A stretch of 29,679 nt of DNA from an archaeon (GCA_024276825.1 JAJRWI010000039.1:1-29679); one strand, 5' to 3'. Shown: positions 9,762-19,130, counted from the stretch's first letter. Made by a program: numbers and translations. Notes: generated from the letters alone by a model not told the origin.

Positions 9762-10640
9762 TTGACAAGACGTATTCTTATCACAGGGGCTAATCCGTTT
9801 GACTCTGGCAAAACAACAGTAGCAAGAACTATTGCTCTGAATCTGAAGGAGTCAGGTTACTCTGTAGAATACTTCAAGCCACTCAGTGGGCATAACTATT
9901 GGTACAGGCATGAACACACAATGAGATGTATTGAATCAGGTCAGATATTCTCATATGATGCCTGGATGATAAAGAACGATATTCAGTCCAGTCACCCAAT
10001 AACTATGATCAATCCAATTCACAACCTTTTCGTACCAGCAAGAATAGAACGACCAGGCCAAGTCATTCCAAGTACACTCTCAATCTCTGGATGGGACTCG
10101 GTCTTGGTCATGAAGAGAATCACTCAAGTGATGGGGGGCAGGACAAAAGACCGTTTGCTAGTAGCTATTGATCTTGTTCAAGATGGAAGGGTAATCATGT
10201 CAATTGATGAGATGATGCGTCTTATCAACAGTCATGAATACATACCTATCAAGAGTATTGAGGAGGCTCAAGCTTTTCAGGATGCAGTGTATGAGGGAGT
10301 CTTGAATGAGGCGTTTCATGAGATGGAGAAGAATAGAGAAATTGTAATAATTGAATCTTTTAATGATTCAGTCTGGCCGTGGGAGGGTCTCGACACGGTT
10401 GACACACTCGTTGTTGTGGGACCTGGCCAAATGTTCTTGTATGATCCTGCAAAAATGCACAGGGCAATAGAGTATGTCAAGAAGCATCATGAACCCATTC
10501 GGTCAGTGTCAGTAAGTAATGTAAGCGACTTACTAAGACCAATTCATAGGGTTGAGTTGACTCCAAAGAGTGGGTTTGATGTAGACATTTTGGACAAGTT
10601 AATTATTAAGGAACCAGATATTGAAGAGATCGTAAATTGA
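9762..10640 (+). CDS. Archaeal predicted P-loop ATPase/GTPase (COG4028-like, dethiobiotin-synthetase-like SIMIBI fold)
   Basis: ILITGANPFDSGKTT, FKPLSGHNYWY, MINP and IVIIESFND. Start moved from 9726 (inside the terminator hairpin) to TTG 9762, which has GGTGTG upstream. Confidence 0.7.
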   Translation: MTRRILITGANPFDSGKTTVARTIALNLKESGYSVEYFKPLSGHNYWYRHEHTMRCIESGQIFSYDAWMIKNDIQSSHPITMINPIHNLFVPARIERPGQVIPSTLSISGWDSVLVMKRITQVMGGRTKDRLLVAIDLVQDGRVIMSIDEMMRLINSHEYIPIKSIEEAQAFQDAVYEGVLNEAFHEMEKNREIVIIESFNDSVWPWEGLDTVDTLVVVGPGQMFLYDPAKMHRAIEYVKKHHEPIRSVSVSNVSDLLRPIHRVELTPKSGFDVDILDKLIIKEPDIEEIVN

Positions 10641-10660
10641 GAAGGAAGATGGGATTTACA

Positions 10661-11602
10661 ATGAGCGATGATTTTGATTGGGAGCTAGTCATCATTGGCG
10701 GTGGTCCGGCAGGAATGACTTCTGCAATTTATGGTGCAAGATATGGGTTGAGAACTCTATTACTGGATGAGATGGTGCTAGGTGGCGCCCAGGCAACAAG
10801 TCCTGCTATCGAGAATTATCCCGGATTTACATTCATCCCAGGTATGGAACTTGCAGAGCGAATGAAGGAACAAGTAAAACGAAATGGTGCAACCATAAAA
10901 GAGATCACTGGAGTTGAGAATATAGAGATTGATATGAGCGGGGAGTTTAATCTCAAAACCCGACGTGGCGTTTACCATGCTAAAGCAATCATTATTGCAA
11001 CTGGAGGGGGACATAGAAAATTAGGTGTTCAGGGAGAAGAGGATCTAACTGGTCGTGGCATCTCATATTGTGCAACATGTGATGCCCCACTTTACAGAAA
11101 TAAGGAAGTAGCAGTCGTCGGTGGGGGAAACACTGCCGTCACAGAAGCACTGTACTTGAAGGATGTGACCAATAAAGTCTATCTTATCCATCGCCGCGAT
11201 CAGCTGCGGGCTGAGCAGGCACTTCAGAATCTTCTCTTTAAAAGCAATGTTGAGATTAAATGGAGTCATGTTGTTAAGGAGTTCAAGAATGTCAACAATC
11301 GAATAGAAGGCATCCTTGAGAATGTAAAGACAGGGGAGAAGAGTACACTTGTTGTTGATGCATACTTCATAGCTCTTGGTTCAGATCCAAAGAGCGATTT
11401 AGCAAAGGCCATTGGTGTTAAGACAAACGAGAAGGGAGAAATACTGATAGATCAACACCAAGCGACCAATATTGAGGGCGTATATGCAGCGGGCGATGTG
11501 ACTGCTTCATTAAAGCAGATCTCAGTTGCTGTTGGTCAAGGAGCAATCGCTGCGAATTCTGCTTATGAGTATATCAGACAGAAAAAGGCAGGGTCATATT
11601 AA
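10661..11602 (+). CDS. trxB: Thioredoxin-disulfide reductase
   Basis: GGGPAG, IENYPG, redox-active GISYCATCD, GGGNTA, HRRD (NADPH) and GVYAAGD. Start could be 10637, 10649 or 10661. Confidence 0.92.
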   Translation: MSDDFDWELVIIGGGPAGMTSAIYGARYGLRTLLLDEMVLGGAQATSPAIENYPGFTFIPGMELAERMKEQVKRNGATIKEITGVENIEIDMSGEFNLKTRRGVYHAKAIIIATGGGHRKLGVQGEEDLTGRGISYCATCDAPLYRNKEVAVVGGGNTAVTEALYLKDVTNKVYLIHRRDQLRAEQALQNLLFKSNVEIKWSHVVKEFKNVNNRIEGILENVKTGEKSTLVVDAYFIALGSDPKSDLAKAIGVKTNEKGEILIDQHQATNIEGVYAAGDVTASLKQISVAVGQGAIAANSAYEYIRQKKAGSY

Positions 11603-11655
11603 TTCGATATGGCCCGTTCCTCCATCTTTCTTCATCTTGCACTTGCTGCAGAGGA

Positions 11656-12561
11656 CTATATTTTAAGTCCAGCATCGTTCAGTAAATACTCGTAGATACT
11701 CTGCCAGATTCTGTTGTCAGACCGCATTTTATTCTCAAAATTGTTTATGTTCACATACTTTTGGAGAGCGGTTTGGGCGGATTTAGAGAATGAGGATTCG
11801 TTCACATGATCCAGATATCCAAGTTTGACAAGGGCTTGCTGTATTCGTTTTGAGATGTTGCCCTGAATTGGCAATAGGCGGCTGATGTCCTCACGACTCA
11901 AGAGAGTCATGTCATAGATTTTGAATATCCTTTCGAGCTCCTCTATCGGGTTGGGATGATCATCCACACGCACATCAACATAGCGGTCGCTACCACCCTC
12001 ATAGCCACCAGCTTCACGAACAACGAGTATCGCAGCAGACTGCATTCCACGTCTGTCGCCGCCCGCATCCTGACCAGCCTTTAATGCAGCAAAGAGCTTG
12101 TCTATCAGGTCCCCCTCAGTCTTTTCGTACGTTTCAGCCATCGAGTTTACAACATTTTCGCTGGCGAGGATGTTTCCCTGACAGGTATATCCATCACCTA
12201 TCAGATGACCAGCCCACTCCATGCACTCCTTCCCCGTATAGGCTACTGCCCGTCCCTTGTAATCGACAATACCCACTTGTCTGTGCTGAACCCCCTCATC
12301 ACTAGAAATGAGCTTCTTCAACACTTTTGACGCAGACATTCCCTTGGAGAGCATCTCCAGTCCACGAGGTCCATATGAAACATTTGCCCATGCCTGCGTA
12401 GCAATCGCTCCAACATTAGCCTTAGCCCATGGGACCAGTGATCCAACTGCAGGAAACTTGCTTTGAACAATGATTCCGAGGTCTCCAGATTCAGGATCGC
12501 AAGCCACAATGGAAAATGTAGAGGGGACAGAAAATTGGACTGCCTCTTGAGAATGGGCCAT
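11656..12561 (-). CDS. DUF1028 (Ntn-hydrolase-like) protein with C-terminal putative peptidoglycan-binding-like domain
   Basis: TFSIVACD, VGAIATQA, RQVGIVD, QGNIL, GGDRRG.QSAA and DVRVDDHP. The C-terminus IQQALVKLGY...INNFENK is typical of the appended PG-binding-like module. The ORF is open to 12585. Confidence 0.82.
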   Translation of the reverse strand: MAHSQEAVQFSVPSTFSIVACDPESGDLGIIVQSKFPAVGSLVPWAKANVGAIATQAWANVSYGPRGLEMLSKGMSASKVLKKLISSDEGVQHRQVGIVDYKGRAVAYTGKECMEWAGHLIGDGYTCQGNILASENVVNSMAETYEKTEGDLIDKLFAALKAGQDAGGDRRGMQSAAILVVREAGGYEGGSDRYVDVRVDDHPNPIEELERIFKIYDMTLLSREDISRLLPIQGNISKRIQQALVKLGYLDHVNESSFSKSAQTALQKYVNINNFENKMRSDNRIWQSIYEYLLNDAGLKI

Positions 12562-12708
12562 ATAGCAATTTCCACTGAGATTCATTCATATCAGACTCCA
12601 TTGGTAGGTAGACAAACAGGATTTGTAAGAATACAAACATGAATGCTTCGCTTCCAACTTAGCTTAACAGAGCAAAGAAGTCATCACTAAAGAGTCAAGT
12701 TAAATCTT

Positions 12709-13653
12709 TTAGGCCCAGTATGGCTTTCTGATATACTTGTATGCGTTATGAGCCGCAAGGGCCCCCTGTGCTGCAGCTATTGTTGCCAACTGATAAACTG
12801 ATACAACATCGCCAGCAGCAAACACACCCTCGATATTGGTCCTCATCTGCGAGTCCACATTGACAAATTTGCCATTCATCTTTAGACCCAACTCAGAGAA
12901 TATCTCAGTGTTTGGAACAAGGCCCACAGCTAACACCACGGTGTCGGTTTCTAGCTTCTCCCTCTTCCCAGTTTCCTTGTTTTCTAATACAACCCAAGAC
13001 ACCTCCGATTCGCCGCCAATCTCGATCAGTTCTGTGTTTAGGATAATCTGTGCGAGATTATCATTGCGGATGCGCTGCAATGTGGACTCTGCTCCTCGGA
13101 ATGCTGATCTTCGATGAACAAGCCAGATACTGTCAGTGACTGCACTTGCATCAATGACTGCGTCGAGAGCCGTGTCACCGCCGCCAACAATTAGAACTCG
13201 CTTGTCCCTGAATAAAGCAGGTTCAGTAACATATGGATAGACACCACGATTCTGTGTGGAAAACTTTCGCTCTCCTGGAATGCCAAGAGTGTTAGGTTTC
13301 ATTCCTGTTGCTAGAATGATCACCTGTGCTGAGTACTCAGCCTCCTCGGTTATGACAACTCTATCAGGAGTGACCTTTAAAACACGCTCGGGAATCAGAT
13401 AGGCGCCCTGCTCGACAGTCTGGCGGACCCATTCTGAGACCAAATGCGACGCAAGAATTTTTGGCACGCCAGGATAGTTCGTTATATGCTTGTAGGGATA
13501 GATTGTGGACATCAGGCCGCCCCAAGTGCCTCCCTCAAACACAGCCGTGCGAAGACCTTTATACGCACAAATTATGCCTGCAGAGAGACCTGCAGGACCA
13601 CCACCCACAACAATCACATCGAAGTGTGATGAGTTTTCAACCATGATACTCAC
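12709..13653 (-). CDS. TrxR-type ferredoxin--NADP(+) reductase (YumC-like)
   Basis: TrxB fold (GGGPAG, GGGDTA, HRR, GVFAAGD), but CxxC is replaced by GVYPYVTE. GGLMSTIYPYKHI matches the YumC-type GGxLxxLYPxKxI motif. Confidence 0.72.
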   Translation of the reverse strand: MSIMVENSSHFDVIVVGGGPAGLSAGIICAYKGLRTAVFEGGTWGGLMSTIYPYKHITNYPGVPKILASHLVSEWVRQTVEQGAYLIPERVLKVTPDRVVITEEAEYSAQVIILATGMKPNTLGIPGERKFSTQNRGVYPYVTEPALFRDKRVLIVGGGDTALDAVIDASAVTDSIWLVHRRSAFRGAESTLQRIRNDNLAQIILNTELIEIGGESEVSWVVLENKETGKREKLETDTVVLAVGLVPNTEIFSELGLKMNGKFVNVDSQMRTNIEGVFAAGDVVSVYQLATIAAAQGALAAHNAYKYIRKPYWA

Positions 13654-13662
13654 TATGACTGA

Positions 13663-13674
13663 TAACTATAGTTA
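13663..13674. promoter_or_regulatory. Perfect 12-bp palindrome TAACTATAGTTA upstream of the FNR-like gene
   Basis: The palindrome lies between an AT-rich TATA-like stretch and the start codon. Confidence 0.4.
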
Positions 13675-13854
13675 AATAAATAAATACTAACATATAGACG
13701 AAAGTAGGAAGATAATACCGCTAGTCAGTAAAATCAGCATGTAGAGTGCAATTTGAGATTTTGCAGATGGTTTTTGGCGGATGACATTGAAGAGTTCACC
13801 ATCAGCTGAAGATATGAGGTGTTCTGAAGTCAAATGAGTACATTAATGCAAATG

Positions 13855-13870
13855 GAGAAACGTTAATAAC
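13855..13870 (+). promoter_or_regulatory. Putative BRE/TATA promoter
   Basis: GAGAAACG-TTAATAA-C has the same GTTAATAA core as the element upstream of korA. Confidence 0.4.
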
Positions 13871-13940
13871 TATGCCTTAGCCCGTGCACAACACACGGAG
13901 CAGTGAGCTCCAGAACAACAAAAACCACCGTGATGTCCTA

Positions 13941-15140
13941 ATGAAGCATATCAAAACTGCTGGCCTAATGATTGCGTGCACCCTTGTAGTTCTTTATATA
14001 GTCGTTCAACCAACTATGGCAAGCCCGGGTACAAGATGGGATTCGCTCTGGGGTTTCATGACTGAGAATTATGACGATGTTGAAGGTGGCTATCATCTTG
14101 TTGGACTAAAGGCCTCGAATGTCAGGGCCACCTATCCCGCTGCACTCATCCTAGATGACATGGGTCTGCTGGATGATAGGCCCCCAATCATTGATCTGGT
14201 CAAGATGAAGAACTTCACATACAAGATTCAGTGGAACACTGGAGGAGAGGAGTCCAGTCGATACGGTGGTTTTGCATCATACATTGCAGGACCAACCACA
14301 ATGGACACAACATTCTATGGCATGCATTTATGGGAACTGCTGAAGCCACACACGGACATTCCAAACATCAATAAGGTGAAGGATGTCAATGTGACTGCAA
14401 TGCTGTTCTGGGTGAACAGGAGCCAGACTGTGAGTGGTGGTTTTGCAATTGACCAGGACAGGTCACCAGACATGATATCAACATATCAAGCATTGTACCT
14501 CATCACAAACTATGCTTCTGAAACAAACTGGACCGTTGATGATATACTCCTTAATAGGACCACAACAATTCAATGGATTCTGGACTGTCGCGATGGAGGG
14601 GGGTTCAAGCTCAATCCCGCATCAGCTCTTCCAAGCGTATCTGCGACAGCAGCCGCTCTGATGGCACTTGATTCTCTTGGAGCACTCACAGAGATAAGTG
14701 ATGACCTACAGACCATACGCGATTGGATTCTTGATAGACAGACTAACATCTCCATCCCATCTCATTACTATGGTGGTTATGAGGAGGGAGAATTGACAAA
14801 TGACACTAATATTGTCAGCACATATTATGCATTACTCGCTCTAGAGCTTCTGGGTTCAACTCCTAGAAACATAGATGCTGTTGTGGACTTTATCCTTAAC
14901 TGTCAGACTGCAAATGATGGAGGTTTTGCCATCGTTCCGAATACTGATGTTGGAAACATGATGTATTCTGCAATGGCAATTCATTCACTCAAGCTTCTTG
15001 GGTCTGAATACCTAGCAAGGATCTATGAGGCAGACCCTAATAACCCAGAACCGCCACTGATTGATTGGAGGACACTATTTGTTGTATCCATCATAGTAAT
15101 GGCCGCTGTAGTTGCAATTGCTGCATTACGACGTGATTAA
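13941..15140 (+). CDS. Exported, membrane-anchored prenyltransferase/squalene-oxidase-repeat (alpha-alpha barrel) protein
   Basis: Repeats EGGY, YGGF, SQTVSGGF, CRDGGGF, RQ...YGGY and CQTANDGGF, each followed by STYxAL-like helices. N-terminal signal peptide (MKHIKTAGLMIACTLVVLYIVVQPTMA) and C-terminal TM plus RRD. The ORF is open from 13884. Confidence 0.75.
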   Translation: MKHIKTAGLMIACTLVVLYIVVQPTMASPGTRWDSLWGFMTENYDDVEGGYHLVGLKASNVRATYPAALILDDMGLLDDRPPIIDLVKMKNFTYKIQWNTGGEESSRYGGFASYIAGPTTMDTTFYGMHLWELLKPHTDIPNINKVKDVNVTAMLFWVNRSQTVSGGFAIDQDRSPDMISTYQALYLITNYASETNWTVDDILLNRTTTIQWILDCRDGGGFKLNPASALPSVSATAAALMALDSLGALTEISDDLQTIRDWILDRQTNISIPSHYYGGYEEGELTNDTNIVSTYYALLALELLGSTPRNIDAVVDFILNCQTANDGGFAIVPNTDVGNMMYSAMAIHSLKLLGSEYLARIYEADPNNPEPPLIDWRTLFVVSIIVMAAVVAIAALRRD

Positions 15141-15223
15141 GTGATTATTCCAATTGCAATAGCTTTATCATCATTTCATTGGAAACCCATCATGGGCAAT
15201 TTACTGGCCAGTGGGTGTAAGAT

Positions 15224-16786
15224 ATGCCAAAACAACCAGAAGATGAGAACATTCCAAGATATCAGAGAGGTGTTGAATGGTTTCAATACATTGTTGACAA
15301 GCAAATGGCAAATCGGCCCTGGCAGCGTCTTGGAATAATCTCATTTTATGATGCCCCGTTTGTTGCTAGTGAGAAGCTATACCTATCACCAAAACAAGTA
15401 ATGGTTGTGATGGCAAGACAGGCGAAGACAAAAGACACAGGACTTGTATTTGTAGCAGATGCGCTTGAAAAGGCTGAGATGGGACTAAGCACAAAGAAGG
15501 GCTTTGATCAATTCATGCATGTGTTCGACTCACTTTTTCCAGATGCGGAGAAATTCTATTTTGGACCAAAGGACTCAGATAGAACATTTTTGCATGAGTA
15601 TCCAACACTAAAGATCCCTCTCCAGTGGTTGATTAAGCGGCCCAATAAGTTTGCAGAGGTGCTGTCAGATGCTTCGCCTGTTGGGGAAGATATTGGTCCC
15701 GGTGATGCAGCATTTGAGGACCTCGCAGGAATGAAAGAAGTACTTGTTGAAAAGCTTGGACCTCCATCTTTAACTGAGGAAGTGCTTGGAAAGATCAAGA
15801 GCACTGAGGCCAGCGAGTATGCTGGGGAGGCAGTTGGCCTAATGACCGTCTTTATCAGTCCAGCATCTGCTGTCACCAGAGGTGTGAGGTATCTTGGTAA
15901 GTTTGCTTCTCTTATAAAAGAACGCCGTAAACAGGAGGTCAAGGAAGTATATCAAGAATGGGAGGAGAGAGTTAACAAGGCATATTCTGAGGAGAATCTC
16001 TTAAAATTCTTTGACACAGATCCAAATAGTGATTATGTTCTCAGTAGAGCAGTTTCCGAGAGAAAACCTGTTCTAATCATAACTGAAACACGGGGTACAC
16101 TATATGACCTATTTCTCCCATTGGTCTTGCAGCACCTTGTTGAAGAGATTGGGTATCTATTGCCACATCTCAGACCAAGAATGAAAGGTGAAGAAAAGAA
16201 AACCAAGAGCAAGGGAACCGAAGAAAAGACTGGAGAAGCACAAGTCGACATTTCTCAACTCACTGAGGCAGACTTACCACCAGTGACGGGAACTCTTGTC
16301 AAGCAGGTCTTTGAGAGTCATGAAAGTGAGGGCGGGCAGGAAGATGCCACTGAAGAGTTTGAAGGCAAGCCAAGAGTAATTCTATGTCTTGATGCAGCCA
16401 CACACCTTTCTAAATTTAGGAGGTCATTCAGATTTGCATTGAACCTTCCAGAAAAGTATCCCAATGTTTCAGTAGCCGCTTCATTCTTCACTGACAGAGA
16501 AACGATAAGTAGCACACTTCAAGATGGCATTCTTGACTATATGAGTGAACGTGCAATAGTGTTTGATCTTCACCCCATGATGTTCGATCTTGCGACTGCA
16601 AAGATCCCCATCACAAAGAAGGCGTGGTTGCAGGGCAGGCTTCAGGAGATGGAACGGATACATACCGAAGGTGGCGTTGCATTTCTTGAGTTTTATAAGC
16701 ACGCAAGACAACAGTGGACACTTAGAATTGTTGAAGAACCTGACCGTGGTGCCATCGAAACAATACGAAGATGGTTCAAGAGATAA
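15224..16786 (+). CDS. Hypothetical protein; degenerate HerA/FtsK/VirB4-like P-loop fold
   Basis: Long ORF with eroded motifs in HerA order: VMVVMARQAKTKDT (Walker A position), FYFGPKD, VILCLDAATHL (Walker B hhhDEAH position) and EKYPNVSV (RKxG position). Confidence 0.5.
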   Translation: MPKQPEDENIPRYQRGVEWFQYIVDKQMANRPWQRLGIISFYDAPFVASEKLYLSPKQVMVVMARQAKTKDTGLVFVADALEKAEMGLSTKKGFDQFMHVFDSLFPDAEKFYFGPKDSDRTFLHEYPTLKIPLQWLIKRPNKFAEVLSDASPVGEDIGPGDAAFEDLAGMKEVLVEKLGPPSLTEEVLGKIKSTEASEYAGEAVGLMTVFISPASAVTRGVRYLGKFASLIKERRKQEVKEVYQEWEERVNKAYSEENLLKFFDTDPNSDYVLSRAVSERKPVLIITETRGTLYDLFLPLVLQHLVEEIGYLLPHLRPRMKGEEKKTKSKGTEEKTGEAQVDISQLTEADLPPVTGTLVKQVFESHESEGGQEDATEEFEGKPRVILCLDAATHLSKFRRSFRFALNLPEKYPNVSVAASFFTDRETISSTLQDGILDYMSERAIVFDLHPMMFDLATAKIPITKKAWLQGRLQEMERIHTEGGVAFLEFYKHARQQWTLRIVEEPDRGAIETIRRWFKR

Positions 16787-16930
16787 TCGTGGCATATGTT
16801 TACTTGTAGGATTATAGCACATTATGATTATTAACGGTATGTTTCAGAAACCGCACTTATTCATGTTGTCCATAAGAAATATAATATAGTCTCGACACTC
16901 GTATATGCGGAAGTGCGGAGGAAGACCTTA

Positions 16931-17341
16931 TTGACGAACGGAGAAACCACACGAGCGAGAGTATTAGCCATAGAAAAAGGTGATAAAATCACCTTGCCCA
17001 GTGAATTCTTTGAAGAGATAGGCAAATCGCATGGACTTGCAATCCTCATACTCAAGGACAAGAATGTAAAGATATACCCGGTTGACAGCAAAAGGGTGCT
17101 CTATCTCAAGCTAGAGATAGAAAAACTGAGCAAGAGCTTCCTAGAGGAACTGACTCTGATATTTGAAGAATCTCATCTTGAAGACATTCTTTTCACGAGT
17201 GGAATTTGTCAATCCACGAACAAGTGCTATTATGAGTGCTATTTCACACCGGATCAATTGAACATCTCAGAAACGGAATTTGAAGATAAGCTAAAAGGAA
17301 TCACCGGAATTCAAAAAGTCATTTTAAAAGCTGTTGAGTAA
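16931..17341 (+). CDS. Putative AbrB/MazE-like DNA-binding plus ACT-like domain regulator
   Basis: N-terminal IEKGDKITLPSEFFEEIG resembles the AbrB swapped hairpin. The C-terminal beta-alpha-beta-beta-alpha-beta pattern ends LKGITGIQKVIL. TTG start with a GGAGG SD; the ORF is open from 16913. Confidence 0.5.
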   Translation: MTNGETTRARVLAIEKGDKITLPSEFFEEIGKSHGLAILILKDKNVKIYPVDSKRVLYLKLEIEKLSKSFLEELTLIFEESHLEDILFTSGICQSTNKCYYECYFTPDQLNISETEFEDKLKGITGIQKVILKAVE

Positions 17342-17411
17342 TAGTACTGCATAGTCTGCAATACGTGGAGAACAATTGATTTTTCAGTATTAGTTTCTCC
17401 AATCATCTGAA

Positions 17412-18785
17412 ATGACAGCACTATTACTTTATGCAAGCGCCAAATTGATGAGTGCCCCTCTTGAGTTTCTAGCTTCTTCTTCGAAATCTCTTGAACACCG
17501 AGGACCAGAAACTGCATATTCATTGATTGATCAGGAAGGTCAAGTGAGCTCTTTCATTATAATTAGAAGTAATGAGGACTGGTCGGTGAGTCAGGATGAT
17601 GGACTGAACATTCTGATTAATGCAACTGGACCCAAAAAGTGCATTCTGGACACATTGAATGATGACTCATTAGGTGCCTTGCTCTTGCGAATAGATAGTG
17701 AAGGAGTTTCAATGCAGAGGTCTCTTGATGGCTCGAAGCCGGTCTATTATCATATGGATAAGGGATCGTTACTTATTGCGACTGAAAAGAAAGCGATATG
17801 GGCTGTAGGAATATCGGATATCAAGTCTTTGCAACCAGGGCATCAACTAATATTTAATGGTAAGAGTGCGGAGATAACGCGATATATTAGTCCAAGCAAG
17901 ATTAGTATTCGAAGAAATGTGTCCAGGGAGGGGTTTATTCGGACACTGAGTGAAACACTAGTGCACTCTTTTGAACGACTTCAGGATATTAGTGAGTGTG
18001 GAGTGCTGTTTTCGGGAGGAGTGGATAGCTCTCTTGCAGCACTACTTACGAAACAGTTCTGCGATGAAACATATTTAATCTCGGTTTTTGCAGAGGACTC
18101 TCATGATAGTGTAGCATCCAGAAACGCAGCAGAGAGATTGGGTGTTCCAATCCAAAAACTGGTTTTGAATCCAGACATTGTCTGGGACTGCCTTGGGGAT
18201 GTGATCTACGCCATTGAAACAACCAATAGAATGGATGTGGAGATAGCAATTCCGTTCTATCTTGCAGGAAAAGTCGCCAGTCAGTTGGGCATCAAACTTG
18301 TAGTGTCTGGTCAGGGACCCGATGAGCTGTTTGCGGGTTATGTCAGACATGTCAGAATCTATGAAGAGAGAGGGGCAGAAGCGCTAGAGCAACAATTAAT
18401 GCAGGACATTTCAATCACGCATGAGGCAAACCTTGAGAGAGATGAGAAGGCAATTGGGTATAATGGGGTAAGTACGATATTTCCCTATTTAGACCAACAC
18501 TTTGCAAGAATTGCTCTGTCAATCCCTGCCGAATTCAAAATCAATCCTGATGAAACCCCTAATAGAAAGATAATATTCAGAGAACTTGCGATGAAACTGG
18601 GACTTGATCCTGTCCTTGCCATGAGACCCAAACGTGCTACACAGTACAGCTCGGGAACAAGGAAAGTCTTGCTAAATGCGATATCAGACAATATTGAAGA
18701 GTATCAAAATTGCAGTCGCAAAAGGCTAGAAACTGTGGTTCAAAAGGTTCTTGATAAGATTGGCAGTGATGTTGGCGTGTTTTGA
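17412..18785 (+). CDS. Asparagine synthetase B-like protein lacking the N-terminal catalytic Cys
   Basis: HRGPE, DGSKPVYY, ATEKKA, PP-loop FSGGVDSS, SGQGPDELFAGY, FPYLD and RPKRATQY. The N-terminus MTALLL has no Cys. Confidence 0.8.
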   Translation: MTALLLYASAKLMSAPLEFLASSSKSLEHRGPETAYSLIDQEGQVSSFIIIRSNEDWSVSQDDGLNILINATGPKKCILDTLNDDSLGALLLRIDSEGVSMQRSLDGSKPVYYHMDKGSLLIATEKKAIWAVGISDIKSLQPGHQLIFNGKSAEITRYISPSKISIRRNVSREGFIRTLSETLVHSFERLQDISECGVLFSGGVDSSLAALLTKQFCDETYLISVFAEDSHDSVASRNAAERLGVPIQKLVLNPDIVWDCLGDVIYAIETTNRMDVEIAIPFYLAGKVASQLGIKLVVSGQGPDELFAGYVRHVRIYEERGAEALEQQLMQDISITHEANLERDEKAIGYNGVSTIFPYLDQHFARIALSIPAEFKINPDETPNRKIIFRELAMKLGLDPVLAMRPKRATQYSSGTRKVLLNAISDNIEEYQNCSRKRLETVVQKVLDKIGSDVGVF

Positions 18786-18790
18786 GTTGC

Positions 18791-19027
18791 TCATCCGCCT
18801 TCAATTAGTGGCAGAATGACTACGGTGTCATTTTCATGCACCATATAATCGAGCCCAACACGTTTTCCATTCAATAGTACTACATGATCTTCGGACATGT
18901 TTAGTTCTTTCAGTAAATCTGCCACTGTCTTTGTTTCAGTGACCAAAATGCTCTGGACACCGATTTTCTCTATAGTCTTGGCCAATGGTTGTTGCACCAC
19001 CTGATAAAAGTGACTCACCATTGCCAT
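18791..19027 (-). CDS. MoaD/ThiS/SAMP-family ubiquitin-like protein
   Basis: TVADLLKEL, VLLNG and DTVVILPLIEGG with C-terminal diglycine. Start is 19027 or 19021. Confidence 0.85.
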   Translation of the reverse strand: MAMVSHFYQVVQQPLAKTIEKIGVQSILVTETKTVADLLKELNMSEDHVVLLNGKRVGLDYMVHENDTVVILPLIEGG

Positions 19028-19130
19028 ATAGATTTAATGCAAACATACAATTATTGCATTTTTAAACAGGCCGCGCATAATTTAGTCATTCAATCCAAAC
19101 GCATATAGGAAACCATCACATCATCGAAGT

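Noticed and set aside
9308-9811. 167-aa antisense ORF with Pro/Met repeats
   Set aside because: It is the shadow of the thermosome coding strand (reverse of the GGM tail), with no independent coding evidence. The same applies to the other short antisense or overlapping ORFs in the track.
13862-13870. GTTAATAAC matching the SurR GTT-N3-AAC site
   Set aside because: A single short match, better explained as the TATA box itself. No SurR-like gene is in the window.
16826-16846. Minus-strand CGTTAATAA resembling the other promoters (antisense promoter into the HerA-like gene)
   Set aside because: AT-rich intergenic sequence. The downstream 113-aa antisense ORF (16481-16822) looks non-coding, so support is insufficient.
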